From: Octopus sinensis
Taxonomy: Eukaryota
Assembly (NCBI RefSeq): GCF_006345805.1
Contig: NC_043013.1
Span: 29,946,001 to 30,010,000 of the forward strand
Direction of reading: 5' to 3'
Length of the DNA stretch: 64,000 bases
Positions 27,220 through 40,580 of this stretch are shown piece by piece. Within the stretch, counting starts at the first letter, position 1, and each line of letters starts with the position of its first letter. The notes under the pieces were generated by a model. It was not told the origin of the DNA, did no database searches, and was given only the letters and a program-made list of their open reading frames with translations. A program made the translations under genes and the position numbers.

Positions 27220-28845
27220 GACGGATGCACACAAATTGTATAGGGCAATTGGCAAAATTAAGATAGAAGTAGAGCCACCACCTGAGAATGAGGAAATGGA
27301 AAAGTTCTTGAAGAAGGTATGGAGCAATAAAAAGAATATGCTAAAGTTAACTGGATAGAGCGTGAGAAAGTGAGACTGGATGAAGTTGAAGAGCAGAAAT
27401 AGGAGGCAAGAAGAATAGAAGAGCTATGATGTGTTCTCAAGAAGTCTCACAAGTGGAAAATCCCAGGACTAGACCGAATTCCTAACTTCTGGCTGAGTTA
27501 CCTGCTAAAAAAAAGTACACCAAAATTTAGCTGCATCTCTGACTGATGTCACCCGGAACCCAGAGTAAATACCTGCCTGGCTGACTGAAGGAACAACAAC
27601 ATACCTTCTACAAAAAACTGAAGACACAAAAAATTTAAAGAACTACCGACCAATAACATTTCTCAACTCCACCTACAAGATCCTCACATCCATTTTAACT
27701 TACAGAATATACGCTTTGCTTAAATAGAGATCTATCCTTCAACAAGCTCAGAAAGTACAGACTACAGGAAAGCGTTTGATAGCGTCCCACATAATTGGAT
27801 ACTCAAGGCCCTTGAAATATATAAGATATCTCCTGTCATCTCCAAATTCTTACAAAGTAGCATGGCCAATGGAACACTCGTCTCTTTCTAAACCATTGTA
27901 ACGGGACGAACCAATCTAACAACATCAACAAACTAAAACTAGAACTGCAACGAACCATGATAAAACGATGGCAAGAAAAGCCCCTTCATGGCAAATACTG
28001 GACTAAACTAAATGCAAAAGAAATAGATAAAGAAAAATCCCAGCAATGGTTGAGAAGCTCAGGACTCAAATCAGAGACAGAGGGATTTTTAATCGAAGCA
28101 CAAGACCGAAGCCTCTCCACCAGAAATTACCAAAAACATGTAATGAAAAGAAATATAACAAGTAACTGCAGAATATGTGGAGATGGACAAGAAACAATAA
28201 ATCATATTATCTCCAGCTGCCCAGTCCTGGCTAAGAAAGAATATATTCACAGACATGACACGGTTGGAACCTACATAGATTGGAAGCTATGGCAACATTA
28301 TGGAATAACAACAGAAAAAAGATGGTATAGGCACACACCAGAAAAGGTCACAGAAAACGAGAAAGCAACCATACTCTGGGATATGCCAATACAGATAGAT
28401 ATGCCAATACAGATAGAGAAATTAAGGCCAACAGACCAGATATAGTTGTCAGAGATCATGAAGAAGAAAATGCTTTCTAATTGATGTATCAATACCAGCA
28501 AATGACAACGTGTCTCTAAAAGAAATGGAGAAACTTTCAAAATACAAAGACCTGGAAATAGACGTAACTAGAATGTGGAATCTAAAAACAGAAACAATTC
28601 CTATCATAGTAGGCGCATTAGGCATGATAAAAAAATATTCAGACAAGGACATAACAGAAACACCAGGACTTACAAACAAATATAACATACAGAAAATTGC
28701 ACTACTAGGCACTGCACACATCCTACGCAGAACACTTTCCATAAAATAACCATCAGAGCATCACAACAAATCACAGCACATACCCAAGGCACACAGAGCT
28801 GTGCTCGGTAGTGACGTGAAAGCACGTTATAAAAATAAAACTACT
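27220..28845 (+). mobile_element. Dong/R4-clade non-LTR retrotransposon, truncated and internally deleted (RT N-part plus CCHC/REL endonuclease)
   Basis: WKIPGLDRIPNFWL, WLTEGTT, KNYRPITFLNSTYKILTSIL and DYRKAFDSVPHNWI (RT); CRICGDGQETINHIISSC (CCHC), RHD, ILWD, RPDIV, LIDVSIP, KYKDL and IPIIVGALG (REL). (TAA)n on both sides; stops and frameshifts present. Confidence 0.95.
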
Positions 28846-28850
28846 AAATG

Positions 28851-28905
<55 letters not shown>

Positions 28906-29029
28906 CAGGATATAAGAACAGGTGTCTATCGACTGGGGTCGAATTGAATTCAGCTGGCATATATAGAAATGAAGCCTTACGGCAGAGATACAAAACTTTC
29001 ACAAACACACATATATATGTGTGCGTGTA

Positions 29030-29275
29030 TGTGTGTACGCGTGCGTATGTGTGTGCCTGTGTGTGTTTATGTGTCTTTGTTTGTCTCCACCATCGCTTGA
29101 CAACCGATATTGCTATGTTTAAGTCCCCGTTACCTTGCGGTGCGGTAACTAGGAACCAATAGAATAAGAAGTGAGCTACAAAGAATAAGTCCTGGGGTCG
29201 ATTTGTTCGACTAAAGCCGGTGCTCCAGCATGGCCGCAATCAAATAACTGAAACAAGTAATGGAATAATAGAATA
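29030..29275 (+). mobile_element. SINE family B 3' half
   Basis: catcgcttgacaaccgat...aagaataagtcctggggtcgatttgttcgactaaag..ggtgctccagcatggccgca...tgaaacaagtaa, as in 62100-62300. Confidence 0.85.
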
Positions 29276-29469
29276 TCAACATTGTACATATGAAGATTAT
29301 ATATCTCCTACTGGTCAAAGTAAGTTTTGAAATGCGGTGGTTGAATTTATCTGCAAGTTATTTCTTCTGTGGTCGTTTGCAACTAATGAAACAAAAAGTA
29401 TAAGTTCGACTTGTTGCAACATCATCTATAGTGGTAAACTCTTTGCATAATGAATGGAAGTAAATAAGC

Positions 29470-29789
29470 GTGGAAGCGCAATGGCCCAGTGGTTAGGGTT
29501 AGGGCAGCGGTCTCGCGGTCGGAGGATCGCGGTTTCGATTCACAGAGCGGGCGTTGTGTGTGTTTATTGAGCGAAAACATCTAAAGCTCCACGAGGCTTC
29601 GGCAGGGGGTGGTGGTGACCCCTGTTGTATTCTTTCGCCACAACTTTCTCTCACTCTTTCTCCCTGTTTCTTGAGTAAAGCTGCGATGGACTAGCATCCC
29701 GTCCAGCTTGCGGGAGAGAACACATATGCCATAGAAACCGGGAAACCGGACCCATGAGCCTGGCTAGGCTTGAAAAGGGCAATTTAAAA
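29470..29789 (+). mobile_element. Full-length tRNA-derived SINE with 8-bp target-site duplication
   Basis: A box tggcccagtggtt, B-box-like ggtttcgattca, core ctgcgatggactagcatcccgtccag; aaataagc at 29462-29469 and 29790-29797. Confidence 0.85.
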
Positions 29790-31189
29790 AAATAAGCAAA
29801 CAAAGCTCAATGACATATGTTTCTAAATATTTTTAATAAAGACGAAATCTTGAATTTAATACTTTATTTTTCAAACTACACAGATAAATTTACCTTAAGT
29901 TACGTAGAAAGACGTTAACTTTTCTGCAAACCAATGTTTCGAAATTCTCAAATGATCATATTAATACAATTTATAAACCTTAATGGCCTTTATAAGATGC
30001 ACGCACAAACATAAAATACCATGAAAATTAATTAAATTTAAAGCATTAAGCCTAATTTGCCAGTAATATACATTGATAACTGCTGTTTGTCTCCAGTTTG
30101 ACTATGATTAGGAGAATATAAAACAAATTTTTAAAAAACAGTTCTGTTTTAGATAAATTTATAGGAGCATATTTTCTGTCGAATGTTTTCATTATCAGAA
30201 AAATGTAGGTTGTGATTTGTAGGAAATTTATCGGATATTTCTAAAAGAACGAAGGACCACGTTGAAGATTTCTCTTCGATATATATTAATTGGGGTTGCT
30301 TTAACTGTTGGAGAAAAGTAAATATTCTGCAATTGTCAAATAATCTTCTTAGTACAGCATATAAATCTCTTGAATATAGCCAATAATCACCACAGGGTGA
30401 GTGCAAACAAAAATCGAAATAATGTAGAAAAAAAAAATCTATTTGTAAAACTTTTTAAGACAAAATGATCAGATGTTTAATGTATAGAAAATTTACGTAT
30501 ATATTTTTAAATAAGTTCATAGCATAAAATAACTGTTGAATAACTAGCACATCTAACAAGAAGTATTCTGAATATCTGCATAGAATGGTAGTGGAAATAA
30601 TTGGGTACAATGAAGAAAAATGCATTGAAAGGAATATTGCAACGTGTAGGTTTTCTAAATTGCCTAAGTCAAAGTTCATCCATCAAAAGCCAGTGCACGT
30701 TTCGACATAATAACGATGACATCTTAAATAAGCTCAGATAGTGAAAGAGAAATTGAAAGACAGCAGTGTTATTTCTCTCAGTAATAGCTCGTACGCCACT
30801 AATAGTGCTGCGTTATTTCTGTGGCTAAAGCTTCACAATTCACTTCGTAATCTACGTATCTGTAAATTGTAAAGCGCATTTTATTAAACGTATAGGGAAT
30901 ATCAAAATAGATTTTGGTGATATTTATATTTAAATTAGGTAGTGTATTGAGGTGAAAGCAATCAGTATCGCGTAACGTTTGCAATAACTTACATCTATCA
31001 AAATTATCTCACCTCTATTGATAAAGAAGACACGAAAGAATTTCTTAAATAAGAAGAGAAAATTGTCTCTAACAAACACACACACACACACATACACATA
31101 CACACACACATACACATACGTACACATTACAAGCATACTCTCGCACATAAATACAAAGACAACCCCTAGACATACAGTATCTAACAATC

Positions 31190-31190
31190 A

Positions 31191-31224
<34 letters not shown>

Positions 31225-31257
31225 GTTTCTCTCTCTCTCTCTATCTCTATCTATCTA

Positions 31258-31294
<37 letters not shown>

Positions 31295-31410
31295 GTATGT
31301 ATGTATGTATGTATGTATGTATGTATCTATGTATGTATGTATCTATGTATGTATGTATGTATCTATCTATCTATCTATATATATATATGTATGTATACAT
31401 ACACACACGC
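31190..31410. repeat. Compound (ATCT)n/(CT)n/(GTCT)n/(ATGT)n microsatellite
   Basis: Directly visible. Confidence 0.95.
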
Positions 31411-31469
31411 ACATATGCCACTTTCATTTACTTGTTCTAGTCATTGCACTTGGACTGTACTAGAGTATA

Positions 31470-32099
31470 GAAAAATGACCCAGAACTTCCGAGGCAATGG
31501 GTCGTACGAAATGTTTCGAGGGGCACTGGCGCTTCAAAAGCGGGAGAATGCCTCTGAAAGACGATGAGCGAGCTGGAAACACCTGCCGCGAGCGTTAGCC
31601 ATGGAAATATAGCATTGTGTATCGAGAATTCATGCCTCAGGGCCAGATCGTCAATCGAGAGTTCTACTGCGACGTTGTGAAACCTTTGAGAGAGGACATT
31701 CGGCAAAAGCAACCGAATCTTTGGAGCGTGAACAATTGGATTCTTCACCGATCTCCCTTCACTTGTGGGTTTCTCGCAAAAAACGACATGGTATCACTTC
31801 GCAGCCGCCCTGTGCGCCAGATTCAGCACTTGCAGACTCCCTTCTATTCTCCAAGATGAAAATGCAGCTCAAAGGTCGCTGTCTTTACACCGTTGTCGAG
31901 AAGGCCTGATCGCAGAAAGTCCTATACTCGCAAAAAGAAGAGGCTTGCAGGCCGGATTCCAAAAGTGGCAGGAACACTGGAAACGATGTATTGCTGCGCA
32001 AGGTGACAATTTCGAAGGATTTGATGTTAAAAACTTGAGTAAATAAGTTACTTTTTATTAAACTTAAGTAGCCTGGAAACCATTTGATACCACCTCGTA
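31470..32099 (+). mobile_element. Mariner transposon relic, internally deleted
   Basis: AMGRTKCFE...RFKSGR...DDER (HTH), EFMPQGQIVNREFYCDV...NNWILH, QPPCAPDSALAD (YSPDLAP.D-like), KMKMQLKGR, FQKWQEHWKRCIAAQGDNFEG; right TIR ends gataccacctcg-TA. Confidence 0.92.
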
Positions 32100-32713
32100 C
32101 TGGGTCAGATTTGGAATTTGAAGATGCCGTCTATAAAATATAACGAGCTCTGGTTTCACTTCTATCTACATGTAAAAAAAAATAGCTAGCCGACAACTTC
32201 GATTTTCACCATTCTCCGTATGACGTGATACTGGAAATGGCTTGAATAACATATGTTCCGGACATTGTTTAACAAAAACTTTAAGCTGTACAATAGTGGT
32301 TCTACTAGCAATTATTATGCAACAATTAAGTGTCAGAAGCAACTGGCTTTCACTGAAACATTATTTCACAAACTAGATAGTAGAACAGAACAATTGTATG
32401 AGTTGTGCTGAATTAAAAATGCTAGCAACAAATAACATTTTAAAATAAGTATGAATGTGACATGACGTAAAATAATTACTAGTGTGTCTCCATCGCTGGC
32501 ATTGTAGAAACTTCATGGAAAGACAACGAAAATAATGCAGCTATTAAGGTGATACACACGTACACAGACACACACACACAAATAACTGTACATGTATATG
32601 ACTATATATATATACATAAGTACCCACATTTATGCATATATAAATATATATATATATACCCGTGTATATACATGTACGTATAAATATATATATATATATG
32701 TATTTGAATATAT

Positions 32714-32777
<64 letters not shown>

Positions 32778-32935
32778 TATATACAGATATATAAATTAGA
32801 AAAAAACCACTATTATATAATTCATACAATGATAGACAAACTGTATCATATAGAAAAAATAAAATATATTATAAAACATATATCTAGATCACAAATTACA
32901 AAAAATGAATAAATTTTTATATAATAAGTAAAAAA

Positions 32936-33023
32936 GCTATGTACATTTCGTGGCTATAACTTAATTAAATTTAAATTTGATTAAAAAACAATTCAATTTA
33001 AAAGTATAGTCACTCCCCAGGTC
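32936..33023 (-). ncRNA. Degenerate minimal hammerhead ribozyme motif
   Basis: Minus: gac CTGGGGA gtgactata[loop]tatagccac GAAA tgtaca TA gc. Helix II pairs 8/9, helix III is palindromic, A6 is mutated and helix I is weak. Confidence 0.55.
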
Positions 33024-33166
33024 AACAATAATAACAATAACAGTTAAATAAATACTTATTTTTAATAAATAGTCAAATAGAATTAAACAGTATTTCTTAA
33101 AGAAATAGAAACATGATTCTTCTTGTAGAAGAAACTCCGTTAACTAACTGCAAATACAAACATGAT

Positions 33167-33250
33167 CTCTAAAAACCGTTTCGATTCATACTTTAAAGTT
33201 TATAATTGGCATAATTAAATCATTTTATAGCGCAGAATCTTGTCAGAGGC
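33167..33250 (-). ncRNA. Degenerate hammerhead-like motif
   Basis: Minus: ct CTGACAA gattc[loop]gaatc GAAA cggttt tt ag. G8 is mutated and helix III is decayed. Confidence 0.4.
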
Positions 33251-34049
33251 AGAAAAAAGGTATAAAGTATGTTTTTAGTTGTTAAGTATACGGACTATTA
33301 CAGCAAACTGTGTATTGCTATATGGATAAGTCAGGTATAAACCTATTAAGGGGTATATAGGTTGTATATCTAATGGGAAAGTAAATCTATATTAATATAG
33401 TATAGATAATAGTTAAAAGGTGCAGTGATGAAAAATAAATATTAATAAACCATGTATCATATTAATATTGGGGTGAATATATTTATAGTTTATTATTATA
33501 GAGATTAATAATAAGTAGAAATTATTGGTAGTCAAAATACTTATCCAATAGATTAACTATGTATAATAAATGTATGTAAAAATCTAAGTAGTAATTATAT
33601 GCGGAATAATTCAATAAAACATGATAAGAAATAATTGAGGATTGTCAAAAAATGTATTAAAAATACGTACTGATTTTGGTAAGGAAACTAACGTCTCTAT
33701 GTATATTTTGTACTGATCAGTTAAGTTAAGGAAATTCTATTAGTTATATGTTTAAAGATAAATAACGTTTCTATACGGTTATAAAGTCAGGTAACGGTAA
33801 AATAGATAAATAAATAATATAAATGAATGGAGTTAATGTTACATATAAAATAAGAAAACAAGATGATCTTTTACATCAAACACAAAATGTTTGATAAATT
33901 TGTATTTGAGGATACAACATCTATGTATATGGAAAAAAACTATTGGTCAAGCGGGGGTAATTGTGGATAGTTTTTTGAGCATATATTGAATATATATATG
34001 TACATAAATATATATATTTACATACATACATACATATACACATACACCT

Positions 34050-34050
34050 A

Positions 34051-34141
<91 letters not shown>

Positions 34142-34142
34142 G

Positions 34143-34217
<75 letters not shown>

Positions 34218-34236
34218 ATATATATATATATATATA
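34050..34236. repeat. (TATC)n/(TA)n microsatellite
   Basis: Directly visible. Confidence 0.95.
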
Positions 34237-34523
34237 ATTGATATAGGATAAAAATTTTTTGGGGAAAAAATTTTATCAATGGCCAGCATAATTTGTTTCG
34301 GCGTATCTGGCATTAGAATTTTTCTTCTGCCCTTATCTTGTAAATTATATATATATATATATATACATAAATATTAATATAAACATATATATACACACAT
34401 GTACACATACAACTGTATAAAAAATTACAGACAATTTGTTTATAAAAAAAGCTTAAATTTTAAAAGGTCTAGAAAAATAAATGTATCTAAGTAAAAAATA
34501 GTTAGGTAAAGAATAGCAAGGTA

Positions 34524-34580
<57 letters not shown>

Positions 34581-37500
34581 TAATGTTGGTGGAGAGGAGA
34601 AAACTTCCACAATAACCAGCCTTCAATTTTATTTTCCGTTCTTAGGTTAATCGGAAACATAGATTGGTGTACTACTCATAAACCTTCTAGGTAGTTCAAT
34701 TATTTTGTGAAAAAATGCCACAAAGCAACTTAAACCGTTTGCTAGTATATATATCTAAACAAGAAATGAATTGATATGAATTGATAAGCCCACGTATAAC
34801 ATCCAAACCTACATTTTATTTCCTCTGCTGAAATTATACTCATGTCACGTAAATGTAAATTTAATGTATAAATTCGTAATTCAATTGTTAAGTATTAATT
34901 GAAACAGCTGTAAGAAGCGAAGACGACCAGTTTGTTAATGAAAGATTATTAACTTCCTTATCTCTGTTTTCTTTTCTTTTCTTCTTTAAAATGGATATAA
35001 AATATATGCTTTATATATACCTATTGTTTGAAGGGAATTTCATTCTCGCAAAATACTAGGTATTGAACCAGTATATCCTTGGATGCAATCATCCCTTCAG
35101 GAGGGTAAGATATCCTCTAATATATATATATATATATATATGATAACAAAATAATAAATAAAAATATATGCATATATACATACATATATGTACATACCTA
35201 CATCTATATGTATATATACATGCATATATAGGTGTTCAGGACACCAAAAAACATAGAACAGAATGAGAAACGAAAACATAAAAACAAAAGCATGGAAACG
35301 GACTTTTTTTCAAACAACGAAAAAACAGAGTACAAGACATACAACGCAAGGAATATTCCCCTTCTTCAGCTGCCCCTGCTTCGACTGCTCCGTGTTTCGA
35401 AATGTATGTATAAATATATGTAGATATATGTATATACATATATACACATTTTAGTACACACATACTCGCATACACACACATATAAAGACACATTAATACA
35501 TATACTGACATATATTTTATATATGCGTATAGGATACCAATACTATCCACAGACACATACATATATATATAATATGTGATAACAATACTAAAACAGATAA
35601 CCGTGTCGTCGATTTATTGTAAAACATTGGCTGAAATAATCACAATCAAGAGGCAATATATCAAAATGTAATCGCTATACATCATTAATGATTCTGTCTC
35701 CATCCTGTTATGCTAGACACACAGTCTTCTCTATCATCATAATGTTTAATAACAATAATATTAACAATACGTCGTTCATGCTTGTTTTGGTTTTGTAGAT
35801 ACAACAGTTTTGTGCACGAAACAGTTCCATACTCATTGCATAACGAAATGATATATTATCTATTTACCGATTATTGAAGTCTTACAGACATCTGACTTCA
35901 TGGAAATGTTGCATTTTAATATACTAAAGCAATAATTTTATTAATACCAAACTTTATGTTTATCACAAATAAAATAGTTTCTATTATTTTACAATTACTG
36001 TCTATTACGAAACGAGAGACCAAACCAAAATCCATTAGCATTTACTTCAGTATTTTCCCCAGTATTTGAGAACGATTCGGATAACGCACATACAATTCTG
36101 TTTTCTGTGGATAAGTTATATTGCAATTGAAATTTATTGTTAACCTTTCAGTTTAATTATTTGCTGTTTATCGCAAACGATATGATATATTACCCTCTTA
36201 CCCTTTTGAGAGTAATATGTTAATATTAAAGCTAAAAAAGTAATATTTGATGGATTACTTTTTATTTTGTGGGCATCTTTTCTCTTTCTACTTCCACCAA
36301 TTATAATATGTCTTAAAACAAGTCTATATTGAACGAAGGGCTAATCTATTTACAGTATTGCTCTCGTCTTGCTGCTGAACTAGCAAAACATCAAAATATT
36401 TATTGCGGCTGGCTATTCAGCAAACTATTCAAATTTATGGAAATACTTTCGCAACTGAATCATAGAATATATATTTTAGCTTATATATATATAGTATCAT
36501 AATTCATCCTGTATATATTAGCAGACGCAACAGTTATATTTTACTGAGTTTATCATTTCTCCTATATCACATCAAACGCCTCTCTGTATCATTGTTAATG
36601 CAAGAAAGGAAAACAACAACCATCTCAATCTCAAACGCAGCTATATATCAATACCTGTAGATATATCATTTGAAGCTGGTGCGGATACCAAATGGTTAAA
36701 ACATCGTGCTTGCACTATCTATTTCCGAGAATTTACGTCCTGCGTTCGAATATCACGAGAATGAAATTCGTATTTCATCCTTTTGGAGTATATAAATTCA
36801 TATTCCGCTCTAATACTGAAGTGCCAGTATCGAACGACTGTATCAAGCAGGAGACTACATCTGAGAGAACCAATCGAATTTTCTTGCGCCACTTATACTT
36901 TAAGGGGGAATGAATTTGTAACCCCATCCCAAAGTCACGGTATTCAGTGAGAAATAATGATGATTAATAGATTTGAAATATACAATAGCCAAAAACAGCC
37001 ACACAAATTCCCTATTTAAGTAGATCTCCTGTGTTAACGTTTGGTTTGGGTTTAACAGTTCAAAGTGGACTAAACATTTTTCACCATATCATACACTGCA
37101 TTTATGTCCGACGGTAGGGGAATTTGTAACAGGTTATTGAAGATGTACACTGGTCGTTTAAACCTTTTCGAGTCATGGCAAGCATTCACCTTTAAACAAA
37201 TTAAGATGTATTTAAATATACCGAGTACCTATACTTTCAAATTTTGTTTGATTTTATTTTTTGTGGGGGTATAAGGGTAATATAACCTAAAGTTGATCTA
37301 CAACGACCATTTTTTCTATCAGTACGTGTTAATTTCATATAAATGTTCATAAGAACTTGTCCATACGTGAGTATGTTTACAAGAAAAAAAAAATGAATTG
37401 ACGAAAAGAAGAAAAATGAGAAAACTGGATGGTGAAGGAAGTTCAGCCGGTTTGGTCCGGAATACAAGCGAAATAAACCCTCCACATGATCAGAACGCCA

Positions 37501-37744
37501 GTCGGCTGCATATCTGAAACGTGAGACCACCGAATTTAGTTTCAGCTGACTATATTGAAACAATGTGAGATGAAATCCTTGCTTAAGGCCTTTCACTTCT
37601 ATAATCGAACTGCTACATAATGGCTGTAGACTCAATTAGCGCAAACATTTAACATGCACACTGACACACAGCCCACGTACGCGAATGTACGCATAGTGTG
37701 CGTATATATATACACATATATATACAGCGGTACATCATTTGTAC

Positions 37745-38145
37745 GATGTGCCCAAATGACATGAACATTAGTTTCAAGGTTCATCCAAGGCTGGGGCCAC
37801 GGCCCATACATCCCCTGCCCAATTCAAGATCACAACATATAGGTACACTGCAACATAATATCTTTTACTCAACAGTCCCTGCACTATTTACCACTGTCCT
37901 TAAACTGATTAATCAGGAAAAGGATCCCATCACCTTTAAACGGAGTCTGGACAGATTTCTTCAAGGAATACCAGATAAGCCACCCATACCTGGATACAAC
38001 TCACTCAACAAGGACTCACTACTTGAATGAACCATTGACAAAACTTGACTTAAAAAGGAAAAAAAGGATTTAGATAATCCTATCAGGTGGCGCTATTAAG
38101 TTAGACATGGCCTGGACCAATCTTTGGTCGAAACATATCTAAGTT
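37745..38145 (+). mobile_element. CR1-group LINE 3' end
   Basis: ORF 37698-38030 reads HPRLGPR...TLQHNIF...PALF...FKRSLDRFLQGIPDKPPIPGY...DSLLE, a typical CR1-group ORF2 C-terminus, followed by a short 3' UTR. Confidence 0.75.
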
Positions 38146-38156
38146 TTATATATATA

Positions 38157-38930
38157 TATTGGGTAATCCCATAAATAATGCGGATTTTTATACTCTGAAT
38201 TTTCAAAATTAAGATAAACTCTTTTGTTAATCTAAAATATACACTCCTTCATCATGATTCTGCAATGCTCTTCCATCTATCTGGTAGATTTGCAAGGCCC
38301 CTATTCCGAAATTCACTTGTCTGTGACGAAAAAGACTTCTCCAGTACTCTTCTGAGCTCTTCTTCAGAGTTCATATTTTTTCTGCTCAAGCTGCTCGCAG
38401 TAGATCTCTTGTGTTATCGTTTGGTTTGGGTTTAACAGTTCAAAGTGGGCTAAACATTTCATATTCCATCAAATAGATAACAACACCTTACGTCGGTGAA
38501 GACCTTCTTTAGCCTGGGGTGCCGGCGTTTCTCCTCACCCTACCCACTGCCTTCGGCTCTTGACATTTTTAGGTTGTAGTTTCCGGCTCGGAATTTCTGG
38601 AACCGCCGTTGATTTTGACTTACACGTATTGTCCAATCCCCATATCATACACTACATTAATATTCCTCACACTTTCGGTTGCCTTGTTGCCTTTATTGAA
38701 CTCATAAAGCAAAATATGCCAAACATTCTCCTTTGTCACTTCCATTATAGCTTCCAAAAAAAGACAAAATAGGTGTTAAAATCGAACTGCACCCTTCAAA
38801 ACTTCTAAGTATAAGGACAAGGTAAAGTTACAACCTGCTTTTATAGCAAGTTGAAGCAGATAGTTTATCCCGGCTCCTTCCAAGTTTTAGTTCATGCAAT
38901 TGAAAAATGGCATTATTTATGGAATGACCC

Positions 38931-38935
<5 letters not shown>
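38157..38935 (-). mobile_element. Internally deleted mariner element with both TIRs
   Basis: TIRs tattgggtaatcccataaataatgcg / gcattatttatggaatgaccctaaca. Minus-strand MEVTKENVWHILLYEFNKGNKATESVRNINVVY (N-terminus) and KNMNSEEELRRVLEKSFSSQTSEF..GLANLPDRWKSI (C-terminus). Confidence 0.88.
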
Positions 38936-38971
<36 letters not shown>

Positions 38972-39014
38972 TACACACACACACACACATATACATATAT
39001 CATACATATATTCT

Positions 39015-39244
39015 TTTCTTTTACTTGTTTCAGTAAGTTGACTGAGGCCATACTAGAGCACCGGCATTAAGCGAACAAATCGACCCAAGGACTTATTCTT
39101 TGTAAGCCTAGTAATTATTCTATCGATCTCCAATGTCGAAGCGCTATATTACGGTGACGTAGACACGCGACCATCGGTTGTCAAGCGATGGTGGGGAGAC
39201 AAACACAGAAACACAAACACACACACATACACACTCACACACAC

Positions 39245-39321
<77 letters not shown>

Positions 39322-39660
39322 CAACGGGCTTCTTTCAGTTTATGTCTATCAAATCCACTTACAAGGCTTTGGTCAGCCCGAGGCTATAGTAGAAGACACT
39401 TCTTCAAGGTACTACGCTGTGGGACTGAACCCTGAACCGCTACACATATATTTTATCTGTTACTTGTTTCAGTCATTAGACTGTGGCCATGCTGGAGCAA
39501 CGCCTTGAAGAATTTCAGTCGAATAAATCGACCCCTACTACTTATGTTTTATAAAGCCTGATATTTGTTCTATCGCTCTATTTTCCTTAACCGCTGGCTT
39601 AGAGGACGTGAACATAAAAACACCGGCTGTGGAACGTAAGAGCAACAGAGGCAGACACAA
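39015..39660 (-). mobile_element. SINE family B copies with internal (CA)n/(TA)n
   Basis: tacttgtttcagt...aaatcgaccc...gtcaagcgatggtgggg, microsatellite, then cttctttcagttt..tctatcaaatccact...gggactgaacc; a second tail starts at ~39455. Confidence 0.8.
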
Positions 39661-40223
39661 AGACACAGACACAAACACCCCCACCCCCACACAGGTAACT
39701 TATAAGGGATTTCTCCAAGTGTTTACCGTTTTACTCACAGCTGTGTTTTCAAAAGAATTTTAATTTCAACGGTTAGTATATGAATTCTGCTATAATCCTT
39801 CTTAGATAAAAATTCAGAGATATGTTCCGTTGTTTTATTCCAAATAGATAACCTTTAACCATACAAGTTTCCTATAAATATGACTTCAGCATAGAAGTTA
39901 CTTTACTAAATTTTTACATCAGAATATAATATAATACAATAAATTCTAGGCGAGAACAAGCTTTAAGATGCTTGCATATGAAAACATGTATCTTTAAATA
40001 AGAGAAAAACGTTATAAGTAATCAGACAACCATAATATATTATGTGAAACGAAATAATATGTAGTAACTGACTCTATGAAACAAACAATGTTTATCCCAA
40101 AAGTACTTGGAAGTCAAAATAAAGTTCGCATCGGACTTAACGATCAACACCACTTCATTCAACACAATTCCGAAATTATCATATAACTCTAACCTGTTCA
40201 ATCTGAAAGGAGACTACTGTGAA

Positions 40224-40307
40224 GACCCTGAATGAACTACACTAGTATTATAGCAAAGTTGCAACTGCGACAGTTACCGACCGATGTAGTCGAAACATAT
40301 GTAGGTC
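40224..40307 (+). ncRNA. Hammerhead ribozyme motif with long helix-II loop
   Basis: gacc CTGAATGA actaca[43 nt]tgtagt c GAAA catatg TA ggtc. Helix I is perfect and helix III palindromic; the core has a 1-nt irregularity. Confidence 0.6.
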
Positions 40308-40369
40308 AATATTAAGCAAATACCAAGTTTTACAAAAAATAGTATATATATATATATATATATATATAT

Positions 40370-40580
40370 AACGGGAAGCTTTATGAAAATAAACAAAAGA
40401 CGAAGGCAGGTGGAAAACAAACGAACAATTGTATTAGTATGGCGCTCAGGAAATATAAATAAAACAAGTCTTTAACGTTTCGAGCCTACGCTCTTCAACA
40501 GAAAGATACACAGAGAGAGAAAAACACAGAAAGAAGGAGAGAAAAAAAATGCGTGCAGTAGCTAACGAATCAACATGGCG

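Noticed and set aside
29470-29545. tRNA gene
   Set aside because: A and B boxes run into a SINE body with a TSD, and no complete cloverleaf is evident.
35340-35402. Minus-strand cgaaac...ctgaaga permuted HHR-like string (similar partial ones at ~19165, ~34285 and ~63880)
   Set aside because: Incomplete cores or unpaired helices; cannot be told apart from chance.
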